DNA of 64,000 bases, taken from positions 23,821 to 87,820 of the IMG/VR virus record IMGVR_UViG_3300009537_000002. One strand, 5' to 3'. Both the position numbers and the translations under genes were made by a program. Positions 38,239 through 47,913 of the stretch are shown piece by piece. Position 1 is the stretch's first letter. Every line of letters starts with the position of its first letter. This stretch comes from a virus. The notes below the pieces were generated by a model. It was not told the origin of the DNA and ran no database searches. It saw nothing but the letters and a program-made list of their open reading frames with translations.

Positions 38239-39467
38239 TATCTATTCGTTAGCCTCCTGCGAACTCCCAGTCTAAGCAGGTGTTCGTTGTACGCATCATT
38301 GTCGAACAACAGACTAGAACCAGTGAGGTCTTTGTCATCCTTGTCGTTGAACATGCCACGCTGCAAGCGACTAAGTCTGAATCTACCACGAGATGTCATG
38401 ATGTCAGCATCGCGACACACATAGTTCATTGTTCCTTCCGACAATAGGTCCTCAATAGAGAACACCTTACCGTCAGTGACAAACTCAACTCCGTAGAGTC
38501 TCAAGTCAGACAAAGCACCATATTCATTGGCAAAGACTAGGGTAAGATCGATTGGAGGTAGCTGGTCAGGAAGGAATGTAGATAGTTCGGCATCACGTTC
38601 TCCATAGGTTCTCGAGTTGCCCATGCGGCGAATCAGATCAGCCAGAGCGTGCTCGTTGAAGATAGTAAAGATCATTGACCCACCAATGGTACGGGTGCCG
38701 CGTGTATATCCCTTGGCATATGAATGCCCAAGGGCCCTAACAGCATTCTTTTCTCGGAAGCTTTGTAGGGAGATAGTTTGTAGAGTACCCAACACTACCG
38801 TGTCACTAGATCGACCATCTCCCGCCGCGCCGATACGCTCAAGATTGTCGATCCTGTCTGTGAACTCAGTAACCTTGGCTCCGTAGAGTTGTCTGAGAGT
38901 GAAGGCTTGGCGCTTCATTCTGGCTGTACCGATAAAGCTAATATTCCCGCCCTTCAGAATGTTGCCGATCAACAGGTTCACAGCCTTATCGTTCTCTGCG
39001 CCACCAGGAAATGGAAGTCCCGTTGCAGCAATAAAGAGCTCTCGTCTCTGTGCATAGTCTGACACAAGAGAAGGATCACCGAACCCTTGCTGCTGTGCCA
39101 GGCCATCTAAACCACCGTTGATGAGATTGTCACACCCATCTACTACCAACTGAGCCTCTGAGCGCTGTGAGTTCAACTGCTCAAGCTTCTCTTCTAACCA
39201 ATTATTGCTATCATAGAGGTGTGCAACAACCTTGAGGTCAACACCCGAGAAGGATGAACTCAGGAAGTTGATACTGGCCTCAGCGCCTTGCTGGGCAGGT
39301 AACGTTTTGAAAGCTTCGTCGACAGCTAGCCTAGTCTCTGCCAATTCGAAAATAGCAGGATCATCTAGGTCAATTCTGTTTTCTGCATTGCCAGGTCCTG
39401 GCGTAATCGGCTTTCTAGCAACGACCCGCTCACCAGATCTACTGGTTCTACGAATGTTAGCAGTCAT
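38238..39467 (-). CDS. Tail tube-like protein with ~130 aa insertion (paralog 2)
   Basis: SFSGVDLKVV-[insert]-LGTLQTISLQSFREKNAVRALG...RGTRTIGGSMIF aligns with the tube protein. Confidence 0.75.
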   Translation of the reverse strand: MTANIRRTSRSGERVVARKPITPGPGNAENRIDLDDPAIFELAETRLAVDEAFKTLPAQQGAEASINFLSSSFSGVDLKVVAHLYDSNNWLEEKLEQLNSQRSEAQLVVDGCDNLINGGLDGLAQQQGFGDPSLVSDYAQRRELFIAATGLPFPGGAENDKAVNLLIGNILKGGNISFIGTARMKRQAFTLRQLYGAKVTEFTDRIDNLERIGAAGDGRSSDTVVLGTLQTISLQSFREKNAVRALGHSYAKGYTRGTRTIGGSMIFTIFNEHALADLIRRMGNSRTYGERDAELSTFLPDQLPPIDLTLVFANEYGALSDLRLYGVEFVTDGKVFSIEDLLSEGTMNYVCRDADIMTSRGRFRLSRLQRGMFNDKDDKDLTGSSLLFDNDAYNEHLLRLGVRRRLTNR

Positions 39468-39483
39468 TGTTTAGTTCCTTGTG

Positions 39484-39505
39484 AAAAGGGGCCCTTCCGG
39501 GCCCC
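39484..39505 (-). terminator. Intrinsic terminator after the major tail tube gene
   Basis: Minus strand GGGGCCC-GGAA-GGGCCCC-UUUU: perfect 7 bp stem with a GNRA loop. Confidence 0.8.
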
Positions 39506-39519
39506 GTTCCGATTGATCA

Positions 39520-40215
39520 TTAGCCAGTAGGTGCACTAGCCGCTCCGCTCCTTGCGAGAGCATCACTGATCTTCTGATCCTTGACTGGTCGCCACCCGAT
39601 GAGGGTACGTGCCACATACGTCATCTGTTGTTCAGAGACGATGTCATCAATGGATACACCATATCCTTCGTTAAGGATTTCACAGCCGTAAATTCTCATT
39701 ACAGCAAGAGATCCATACTCATTGGCCGCAGCCAGAGTAATGTCAAACGGAGGAATTTGGTCAGAGAACCATGGAGCTACAACCTCCTGGTCTCCACCTA
39801 CGGTAGAGATAGGAGATTCTTGACCGGCAATACCTACACCCAAAGCGGCACCTTGCAACTGAGCACCCAGAGCACCAGTCTCTGGGGCGGTTACGATGCT
39901 TTCGGGACGGATATCGTCAACGTCAGAGAGGAAGAGTAGCTGCTGGGCAGCATTCTGCGCCTCGACGTCTTGGCCAAAAGTGGAGATCAGCGCATGGCGG
40001 TCGAATACCAAGAAAATCAAGGTACCGGCGATACCACGCTTACCACGGGAGTATGCTCGGGGGTCAGCCGAACCCATAGTATAGAGAGGGGCCTTCTCTC
40101 TCGTAATCGAGTACGAGATGGCCTGCAACTCTGCGATCACCTGATTAGCAAAGACACCCTTGATGTCTACGCCGGAAAAGCTATTGTAGCCTCTAGCAAT
40201 CTCATTGGTTGGCAT
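39520..40215 (-). CDS. Major tail tube protein
   Basis: 231 aa right after the sheath gene. SFSGVDIKG...LQAISYSITREKAPLYTMG...RGKRGIAGTLIF; strong RBS and downstream terminator. Confidence 0.85.
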   Translation of the reverse strand: MPTNEIARGYNSFSGVDIKGVFANQVIAELQAISYSITREKAPLYTMGSADPRAYSRGKRGIAGTLIFLVFDRHALISTFGQDVEAQNAAQQLLFLSDVDDIRPESIVTAPETGALGAQLQGAALGVGIAGQESPISTVGGDQEVVAPWFSDQIPPFDITLAAANEYGSLAVMRIYGCEILNEGYGVSIDDIVSEQQMTYVARTLIGWRPVKDQKISDALARSGAASAPTG

Positions 40216-40230
40216 TATTCACTCCTCCTA

Positions 40231-42129
40231 TTATACCGCGCTCAGGGCTACGACAATCGTCAACTGACGCAACTCGAACACAGGTACTAGTTTCAACTCG
40301 AGAGTAGCCTGACCCAAAACTCTCTGTTGAGCTGTAGCCGTCAAGGTGAAAGAGTACCTTTGGAGTACTAGTTGCTTGACCAAAGCTTTCAGCTGGGAAT
40401 CAATCGCAGTTTCTAGAGCAGAAAGCGTGGCTCCACTCATTCCTTCGCCGAGGAATGGTTCGGACACGTTCCTGATAGAGTCTACAGCAGCTTTCACCTG
40501 ACGCATGGTGGACAGGCGCTGGTAGTCAGAGTCTGGACGAGCACTCGTTGGAGCGTCGGAGACTACGATACCACGTGTCTTCGCGTGGAAGGTCACGTAT
40601 CGCTGTCCTGTGAGCAGGTCTAGCTTTCTCTTACCAACCCTGAATGGCAGACGAACATTCTTCAACAGCTTGTTCGTTGGTGCGCTCTGCGGAGGCAGAG
40701 CAGAGTAGAATCCACCATATGTTGGTGCACCTGTAGCCGTGTAAGACGTAGCCTGACTTGGGTTGGAGAGAATCGGGAAGGTTGCAACGGTGCTGATGTA
40801 CTTGCCGATGTCGACAAGATGATCGTTGTCATCCTTAATCTGGAGGTCATCCAGGAATCCCGTCTCGGTAGCGATGAAACCACCGTTGAACAGACCATCG
40901 ATACCATTGATAGTAAGTCCTGGCAAACCACCACCAGTGAGACGACCAGACATGAACTTGTTACCAAGTAGTCCTGTACCGTTACCACCAGCAGCGATTA
41001 CTACATTACCAGCAGTGTCAGTCGTTGTGGTTGGCAGTGCGCCGACCCACAGAGCAACATCCTTCAAGCTGAACGAGTTCGGCGGAAGGACACCTACTAC
41101 ACCTGTCATCTCGTCGGTATCACGAGACTGCGTGTAGCAGAAGTTGGCTAGCTGGTATGCGTGGTTGACTTCATGGAAGTCTGCAGCGGTGAGTGTAACA
41201 CCATCTGCGTCTGTGGTTGCCGAAGCAGAACCGACAGAAGGAAAAATCTGAGCCGATGGCACGCCAGGTGCTGTCGGATCAGCTGGGAACCACCACCAGA
41301 AGTAGTTGATTCCCTCAAACTCCTGAACGAAGACCTTACCGAGCACATCATCATCAGCAGATGCACCTGGGTAGTCAGACAGAGACGTAAGACTCAATGC
41401 AGCAATCTCTGCGGCAGTGAGGTCCTGAACGTTCAGAGTGTCTAGATAGATGTTCATTGGAACAACAACATCAGCTTCCTCGTCTTCGAGTAGCTGATAC
41501 GCGTTGTAGAGATTCTCCCAGAGCTCCATCCTTGACAGGCCAAGGCCATCAGTACCAGCTGTGAATGCAGCTGGGCCATCTCCACCGCCATCAGCCGCAG
41601 CCAATGTGATAGGAGTAACCAAAGTACCAATGTCTGTTGTTGGACCGCCTGTAGCAGTACCAGAAACAGCAACCTCGCCAAGATCAACCTTAGCCAATGG
41701 GTAGGCTGGGTTGTTGTCAAAGACTAGCTCTCCGTCTGATGCTCGATAGACTCGAAGTCTCAGCGTGCTAGCATCAAAGAACAAGGTGTAGTCAGTGCCT
41801 GCTGAGTCGTCCTTACGAACGGTCTCAATTTCGAAGCCCGGACTAGAACCGATGTCGATTAGCTTTGCAGCTGTAGCACCAATACGGAAAAGGCGGATGT
41901 TCAAAGCACCGCCGAGAGAGGTCTCGTATAGTCCACGCGTCAGGGTACCTGCACCCTTGCCAAAAATCCTAGCGGCATCGGAAACACGGTCGACTGTAAA
42001 TACAATCTCCGAATCACCTTGTGCAGCCGTACCTAGGACCAGGACAATGGGATTGTCATTGATGACAGACTGAACAAGATTACCATCTTGCTCGTCCTTA
42101 AAGATACCTGGCAGGTTATCAAAAGGCAT
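40231..42129 (-). CDS. Tail sheath protein
   Basis: 632 aa. LPGIFKDEQDG N-terminus; C-terminal sheath domain SDYQRLSTMRQVKAAVDSIR...FLGE...LKLVPVFELRQL. Confidence 0.9.
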   Translation of the reverse strand: MPFDNLPGIFKDEQDGNLVQSVINDNPIVLVLGTAAQGDSEIVFTVDRVSDAARIFGKGAGTLTRGLYETSLGGALNIRLFRIGATAAKLIDIGSSPGFEIETVRKDDSAGTDYTLFFDASTLRLRVYRASDGELVFDNNPAYPLAKVDLGEVAVSGTATGGPTTDIGTLVTPITLAAADGGGDGPAAFTAGTDGLGLSRMELWENLYNAYQLLEDEEADVVVPMNIYLDTLNVQDLTAAEIAALSLTSLSDYPGASADDDVLGKVFVQEFEGINYFWWWFPADPTAPGVPSAQIFPSVGSASATTDADGVTLTAADFHEVNHAYQLANFCYTQSRDTDEMTGVVGVLPPNSFSLKDVALWVGALPTTTTDTAGNVVIAAGGNGTGLLGNKFMSGRLTGGGLPGLTINGIDGLFNGGFIATETGFLDDLQIKDDNDHLVDIGKYISTVATFPILSNPSQATSYTATGAPTYGGFYSALPPQSAPTNKLLKNVRLPFRVGKRKLDLLTGQRYVTFHAKTRGIVVSDAPTSARPDSDYQRLSTMRQVKAAVDSIRNVSEPFLGEGMSGATLSALETAIDSQLKALVKQLVLQRYSFTLTATAQQRVLGQATLELKLVPVFELRQLTIVVALSAV

Positions 42130-42147
42130 TTAACGAATCCTCCTTGA

Positions 42148-42861
42148 TTATTCGCGCTTTGTCACCAGTCTGATCAGTATCTGTTCAAGTGTCTTCTGTT
42201 GGAATGTCCTCAGTTTCTCGGTCCGAATAAAGTAGTTAATCGGTCTCCCGTACCACTTATTCTCGTTGACGGTGGTGACTAGATCTGAATTCCTTCCCCA
42301 GAATAGCACTCTGTCGACACCTTGCAACTTGAACCACCAAGAATATTCCTCCATCAAATCTTCGAACCATTCGGCTCGAGCATTTGCTGCCTTGTTTGTT
42401 CTTGCCCAAGCTGTGAACCTGACGATGTTGTCATAGTAGTAACCGTTGACCATGCAGCGGTATCCCGCGTTGACAGGATCATCGTACTCCTCTCGGAACA
42501 TGGGACGGAAATTCACATGATCACGAGACATGGGTTCACCTTGGCTGAACTGCCCAGGCAATCTTTCTATCAGACTGAAAACTATGCTTTCAGTTTGGGA
42601 TTTCTCGTCAGGTTCTTCTTCGGTGAAGATCACCTTATTGGCCTGACTAACCCCAGCTCTACTCTCGTAATCATCTACTGCACGGCGAACCAGATCATAA
42701 AATTCCAGAAGAGATTTGGCCTTACCTAATGCTGTTGAACGCCCCCTATCAGGTTGTGGTGGGGATACGCCCTTTGAATGTTCGAAAACTCTCTCTACAA
42801 TGATCTTGGCTTCTTGTTCTTTGAGATCATCATTGAGGATGTCCATCAATACAGAACTCAT
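42148..42861 (-). CDS. Tail terminator / completion protein
   Basis: Immediately before the sheath. NIVRFTAWARTNKAANARAEWFEDLM fits a terminator-like fold. Confidence 0.6.
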   Translation of the reverse strand: MSSVLMDILNDDLKEQEAKIIVERVFEHSKGVSPPQPDRGRSTALGKAKSLLEFYDLVRRAVDDYESRAGVSQANKVIFTEEEPDEKSQTESIVFSLIERLPGQFSQGEPMSRDHVNFRPMFREEYDDPVNAGYRCMVNGYYYDNIVRFTAWARTNKAANARAEWFEDLMEEYSWWFKLQGVDRVLFWGRNSDLVTTVNENKWYGRPINYFIRTEKLRTFQQKTLEQILIRLVTKRE

Positions 42862-42864
42862 ATC

Positions 42865-43449
42865 TTATCCTGTGGGACCGTTGAGGAACTTAACTTGCTC
42901 CTCATAGCAATCCAGCTTCCAATATTCGAGTTTACCATTATCTGCACGGAAATCAATTGCAGTTCCAATACGGTAGATGGTCTGCCTCTCGTAGGGCCTG
43001 ATGGGCTTACCAGCTTGGTCAGTCATCAGTTCGACCATCTTATCCGGTGAGACTTGTTTTGGGAAGACATTGAGTGGGAGATCATGCTCAAAGAAGAAGG
43101 AAACAAAAGTGATATTCGTTAAACCAGGTGGAATCAGGGACTCTTTGGTCGACAAGCCAACAGAGCTCCGGATCACTTGCTTGTACCCATCCACTAGGAT
43201 CTCATCCCAGACATAGCGTTCACCAAAGCAGACAGGACAGAACGTATCCTTGTCAGGTTCACCGGTAAGTACATCAACACAACTGCACTCAACTAGCTTG
43301 CCAGCATCATCGGTCCTCATCTTACGAAGAACGAGGGTCTGCTTCTTGGCAATCTCTGGATAGACTCCCTGGAGGGTGTTGGTCATCTCTTCCCTCATAT
43401 CAGGCTCTGTTCTCAGAGCTGCTCCATATGGATTGAAGGGACGAGCCAT
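42865..43449 (-). CDS. Head closure / neck protein with CxC...CxxC zinc motif
   Basis: CSC...CPVCFG near the N-terminus; position in the neck cluster. Confidence 0.6.
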   Translation of the reverse strand: MARPFNPYGAALRTEPDMREEMTNTLQGVYPEIAKKQTLVLRKMRTDDAGKLVECSCVDVLTGEPDKDTFCPVCFGERYVWDEILVDGYKQVIRSSVGLSTKESLIPPGLTNITFVSFFFEHDLPLNVFPKQVSPDKMVELMTDQAGKPIRPYERQTIYRIGTAIDFRADNGKLEYWKLDCYEEQVKFLNGPTG

Positions 43450-44453
43450 TACCAGTATTTCCTCCCTGTACGGTTTCTCGAAAAGCGACTGACATAGGTT
43501 TTCTTCTGTCGACGGGTGCGTGGGTCATCGGTGGTAGTGTTAGCGGCCGGGACCCTGCGTGACAAATGCCCATCCTCTGTAGACTGCCAGGATCTAGAGA
43601 TGAGAGGACGATCTACGTCCTTCTCTCCTTTCACCACTCCTCGTGGTTGAGAAGCAGCTCGGGCGCCGCCTCCGGCAATCAGCTGCGGTTCCCACTTGTC
43701 CATGCAATCTAGTAGACGAGCCATAGCATCGCGGACACCATTGGTGTCATATTCTACGTGCAAATCGGCCAGGGTCTTAGTACGAAGCAGTAGATTACCA
43801 ACATTGGTCAATAGCATACCCGAGGCAGAACAGGTGACATATTCACGACGAGCATGCAGGAACAATCCACTGTTCGTCCTCTGAGGAGCAAATACAAGAA
43901 CATCGGCCTCGAGACTGGCCTCGAGAATGCCAAGCTGAAGAATGTCATCAGGCAGTTGGTTTACAAATGCCCCTACCTCCAATCGCACTTTACGGGTATT
44001 AGTATAGGAAGGAATCGTTGTAGTCAGAAACTCGAGATTGAATTCATCTTCTAGATTGGTACCATCAGTAGCTTGGAGGCCTGACGTGACAGTGACCTGT
44101 ACGATATCATTACAGAACAGCTGACAGTCTAGAGGTTGGGTGATACCGGACGTTGTGACATCAAAAGTGTTGATGCCAGTGATGGTTTGGCAAGCAAGTT
44201 GAGCTTCCCAGGAGTCGATCCATGTTCCATCAGGACCACAATCGGGAGTATCGAATTCGTATTCGAAGATACCTTGACCCAGAAAAGTAGGAACACCAGA
44301 GACAGTAAATGCTTCGTCGAGATCTAGGAAGTCCTTGCCTGGTTCAAATAAGTGTACGAAGACACCACTGGCCTGAGCTGTTTCACCGAGGTCATCTTTG
44401 ACAAGAATTCTGAGCCGAATTGTATCTCCAGCCCTAACGCTTCTGTTTCCCAC
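43449..44453 (-). CDS. Head-tail adaptor with N-terminal Ig-like region
   Basis: Ig-like N-terminus, then VTVTSGLQATDG...FLTT, then a helical adaptor-like region (SYTNTRKVRLEVG...REYVTC). Confidence 0.55.
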   Translation of the reverse strand: MGNRSVRAGDTIRLRILVKDDLGETAQASGVFVHLFEPGKDFLDLDEAFTVSGVPTFLGQGIFEYEFDTPDCGPDGTWIDSWEAQLACQTITGINTFDVTTSGITQPLDCQLFCNDIVQVTVTSGLQATDGTNLEDEFNLEFLTTTIPSYTNTRKVRLEVGAFVNQLPDDILQLGILEASLEADVLVFAPQRTNSGLFLHARREYVTCSASGMLLTNVGNLLLRTKTLADLHVEYDTNGVRDAMARLLDCMDKWEPQLIAGGGARAASQPRGVVKGEKDVDRPLISRSWQSTEDGHLSRRVPAANTTTDDPRTRRQKKTYVSRFSRNRTGRKYW

Positions 44454-44474
44454 TAGCTTGCCTCCACGATTCGA

Positions 44475-47400
44475 TTATACAGTATGCAGGTTCTTCCATC
44501 CAGACGCCGAATAGCCCTGGAAGATACCGCTGCTGGTATTGTAGATCATCATACCTTCGATATTTGGCAACAAGTCTCGTTCTGCTTCTGTCATCCTTGG
44601 AAGCAGGAGCCCACCGTGTTGTTCGTTCACTTCGAGGGCAACACCAGATACAGTAGTTGGGGTGCCGATACCAACCCTACCCTGCTCATATGTGATGTCA
44701 ATCCCACTAGTCTCCCACGGAGTCTCCTTGAAGTCTACACCACTAACTTGCAACTGATTGGTGTTTACGACCTCAAGTGTGGCTGTTCCTGTAACATCCA
44801 TATCCCCGTTGACGGTTGTATCATCGTCAAGGTCCCAGCCATTAGCACTGGTGCTCAAGGTTCTACTACCCAAATGGATACTGCTACCCGTCAGATAGAG
44901 TTCACGCCACCTATCAGATGGACTACCCAAATCAAAGGTGTCAGTAGAAACTGGCTCCAAACCACTAGTAGTTACCTTGGCAATCCAGCTGCTATTAACA
45001 CCAAATTGAAGTTCAGCGCCCGAGCCTCGAGCTTCAACTCTGGATAGACCAGCATTGGTGACATGCATAGCTAGACCGTCTGTGTCAGTGGCACTAAACG
45101 TGTCGTTGCCGAGAATCATACTATAGAGATCAGCATTGTCAGAGGTGACCTTCACCACCATGCTGTTGCCCGTACCACCGTCTTCTACTTCTAGTCTTGC
45201 AACAGGGTCAACTGTGCTAATACCAATGTCGCCATCAGATCTAATTATCATCCTCTCGGTTCTGCCAGAAGAAGATGTTGCGGTTAGAAATCGCATCTCG
45301 GCAGGAACCTCAGTTCCTGGAGTGCCGTCTGTCACCATTTCAATAGATGCTGCACCACGCTCAACATTTGATGTATTGTATCCACTGCAAATCCATGAAC
45401 CGAGTTGATCATTATCGCTTACGGTTGTTGGAGACGTTACAGTCCCGCGTCCTCGAACCGACTTGATCACTGGCCTAGTTGATGCAGTAGTAGAAGCACC
45501 AAAAACCTTTATTGCATCCAACAGATTGTTTTCAACAATATCTAACTTAGTTACAGGGGCGTTTGCGCCTGGGTCAGTGCTGAGCGTTAGAGAATCAAAA
45601 TAACCTTCGCCATACTTGTTAACCCAGAACGCATCAGCAAGTGTCGCACCGGTCATTAGCTTGAAAGCTTTCCAGCTCCTATCGTCGCTTGTAGTGGAGT
45701 CATCAAATGGAAACAATGACAAATAATGCCCGTTTACATCAGCGCTATCTAAGAAATTATTAGCAACACTAGCAACAAATCCCGACCTGCTCGAAGTGGT
45801 TTCCACATAAACACCAAGGCGATAGCTCTGTCCGCCAATAGCTGTTGTTCCAACAGCACCTGGAACAACATGAAGATGTGCATCTGGATCTGTTTCGTTA
45901 ATTCCTACGAAACCACTAGAATCGATTACTGCTCTTTGTATACGAGCACCGGATGTACCTGCTGTATGGAATTGCAGTTCACCAGGAGCTGTAGTTCCCG
46001 GTGTCCCATCTACCTGTGCTTCAATAGACGCAGAAGGTGGAGCATCGGTCGCATTGATAAAGCCACTGAAAATGATTCCGCCAATGGGATCACCATCAGT
46101 CACAGCAAGCCGAGAGGCCAAGGTTCCTCTCGAACGAAGCACAGACATAACAGGTCGAGCACCAACGGTGTTTGATGCACTGGTCATCAAAAATGCATCT
46201 GGTGTATCCTCAACGGCGACACTCAGCTTATTAGTAAGCGTAGTGAGACCAATACCAACGAGTCCTTCTACTAACAGACCATCCGTAGGTGCGGTCTCTG
46301 TACCAGCATAGGATGACCCAATAGCTGAATTGCCCTCAATATCCAAGGTGTTAGTAGCAAGCACATTAGAGCCAATGCCAATGTTCCCACTAGAATCACG
46401 AATAACAAAACGATGTGCTGTACCGTCATAGATAGTAAAGTGTCCACCACCAAGACTTGAGGCACTACCGGACGTCATAAGGGAAAATTCTTTAACTGAA
46501 TCTGTGTTATTAATGGCAAATTGAGTAGAGCCGGTATCAGACGAAAGTACCCTCGCCATCAAAGCCACGGTACCTTGCACATCAAGGACCCGGCCAGGGG
46601 CAGCAATTCCAATGCCTAGCCGGTCATTAACTTCATCGTATGCACTGGTCTGTGTAGCACCAAAAAAGACACTGCCTTTGGTGGCATGCGCAGTAGACAC
46701 TAGGGTTAGGTCTTCTCCGCTGGCTGTTCCACCATTAGCCGTTTGCCCTCCAGATCGTCCCGCAAGAAGGAGATACTGTGTGTGGTCATCATCACCTAAG
46801 CCAGCGATAAGACCATGATCAATGGATGCAACCGTAAAGTGAATTGAACCATCAGCTATATGGGTATCGATCGCCGCATGAGAGTTTGTGCCAATGTTCA
46901 GGATGTTTGCATGGTCTATAGATGCCTCTGTGAAGTGAATCGAACTATCGGCAATATGACTGTCGATTGCAGCATGTGAGTTAGTTCCGATATTCTGAAT
47001 GGCAGTATGATCGATTGAAGCTTCGGTAAAGTGAATGGAAGAATCTGCGACGTGTGTATCTAATGTGCTACCATCGGCAGAGACATCGCGGCCATCTACA
47101 TTACCCACATTTGTGATTGCGAAGGCTCCCATGTCCAGATTGCCGGTCATGGCTCGAGAACCATCTCGAGGAAGCAGAAGAACACCATTAATCGTTATTG
47201 CGTCTGGAGAACCATCGGTGCCAGTAGTAGAAATTCCATTGATACCAGCAAGAGAAAGAGTTTCTTCAGCCGCGACGGCCGTGACAGATCCTATATCCGC
47301 TGTGATAGTCTTATAGCTATCTCCTCCACCTCCGCCAGCGCCAGGAATCGTGATTGTAGCTTGTCCGCCAACGCCAGTGACTGTAACACCAGCACCTATG

Positions 47401-47528
47401 AAGTCTAGAACAGTGAAAGGTCCACCGGATACAGGGATACCTTCATCCTCAATGGAAGTGATGCCCCCTGAGGTAACCCTAAGGATTTTGTGCATCTCTA
47501 TGTGTTCTTGGATTCTTCGCGTGGACAT
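44475..47528 (-). CDS. Long fibre protein (head or neck fibre) with His-rich repeats
   Basis: 1017 aa. About six GI(G/N/S)xxxP/LxxxLxV fibre repeats, three 32-aa His repeats, C-terminal GLLLPRMT...MIYNT...W module. Confidence 0.7.
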   Translation of the reverse strand: MSTRRIQEHIEMHKILRVTSGGITSIEDEGIPVSGGPFTVLDFIGAGVTVTGVGGQATITIPGAGGGGGDSYKTITADIGSVTAVAAEETLSLAGINGISTTGTDGSPDAITINGVLLLPRDGSRAMTGNLDMGAFAITNVGNVDGRDVSADGSTLDTHVADSSIHFTEASIDHTAIQNIGTNSHAAIDSHIADSSIHFTEASIDHANILNIGTNSHAAIDTHIADGSIHFTVASIDHGLIAGLGDDDHTQYLLLAGRSGGQTANGGTASGEDLTLVSTAHATKGSVFFGATQTSAYDEVNDRLGIGIAAPGRVLDVQGTVALMARVLSSDTGSTQFAINNTDSVKEFSLMTSGSASSLGGGHFTIYDGTAHRFVIRDSSGNIGIGSNVLATNTLDIEGNSAIGSSYAGTETAPTDGLLVEGLVGIGLTTLTNKLSVAVEDTPDAFLMTSASNTVGARPVMSVLRSRGTLASRLAVTDGDPIGGIIFSGFINATDAPPSASIEAQVDGTPGTTAPGELQFHTAGTSGARIQRAVIDSSGFVGINETDPDAHLHVVPGAVGTTAIGGQSYRLGVYVETTSSRSGFVASVANNFLDSADVNGHYLSLFPFDDSTTSDDRSWKAFKLMTGATLADAFWVNKYGEGYFDSLTLSTDPGANAPVTKLDIVENNLLDAIKVFGASTTASTRPVIKSVRGRGTVTSPTTVSDNDQLGSWICSGYNTSNVERGAASIEMVTDGTPGTEVPAEMRFLTATSSSGRTERMIIRSDGDIGISTVDPVARLEVEDGGTGNSMVVKVTSDNADLYSMILGNDTFSATDTDGLAMHVTNAGLSRVEARGSGAELQFGVNSSWIAKVTTSGLEPVSTDTFDLGSPSDRWRELYLTGSSIHLGSRTLSTSANGWDLDDDTTVNGDMDVTGTATLEVVNTNQLQVSGVDFKETPWETSGIDITYEQGRVGIGTPTTVSGVALEVNEQHGGLLLPRMTEAERDLLPNIEGMMIYNTSSGIFQGYSASGWKNLHTV
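46800..47060 (-). repeat. Three degenerate 96-nt tandem repeats (HxADxSIHFTxASIDH...)
   Basis: gtgaat recurs at 46839, 46935 and 47031, exactly 96 nt apart. Confidence 0.9.
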
Positions 47529-47574
47529 GGGGCAATTCTAGCAGTGAATGGCTCTGTCTGGAAGTCTCACCAGT

Positions 47575-47895
47575 TTATTCCCCAAATTTCACACCAGCTA
47601 TATCATCCCAAATCGCACTCACACTTGAGTCGATCGTGGCATCTAGAATGGTACTGGGATCAGCAACTTCTCCAATCTGACTTGCACTTGTCTTTATGAA
47701 TGCAACGATTTTACCATTGTCACCATTTAACACAGAAACACCTAGGTTGTGACGTTTGTTCGCTTTAAGCTCACTGAATCCAGCAGTTTGCCAATCTTCG
47801 CCGACGATACTAACTGCCGCTTTGAGCACTGCTGCCTCAACGCGCTTCCTATAGTTACCATCTAGGATTGTGTCTGCTATTTGTTGAAGACTCAT
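47575..47895 (-). CDS. Small hypothetical protein (possibly fibre-associated)
   Basis: 106 aa ORF with AGGAGG upstream. Confidence 0.55.
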   Translation of the reverse strand: MSLQQIADTILDGNYRKRVEAAVLKAAVSIVGEDWQTAGFSELKANKRHNLGVSVLNGDNGKIVAFIKTSASQIGEVADPSTILDATIDSSVSAIWDDIAGVKFGE

Positions 47896-47913
47896 ATCTC
47901 TCCTCCTGTAGAG

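Noticed and set aside
46800-47060. 96-nt repeats as a CRISPR array or DGR template/variable repeat
   Set aside because: They are in-frame coding repeats with synonymous divergence at all bases, with no spacers, no adenine-specific pattern and no reverse transcriptase or cas gene in the window.
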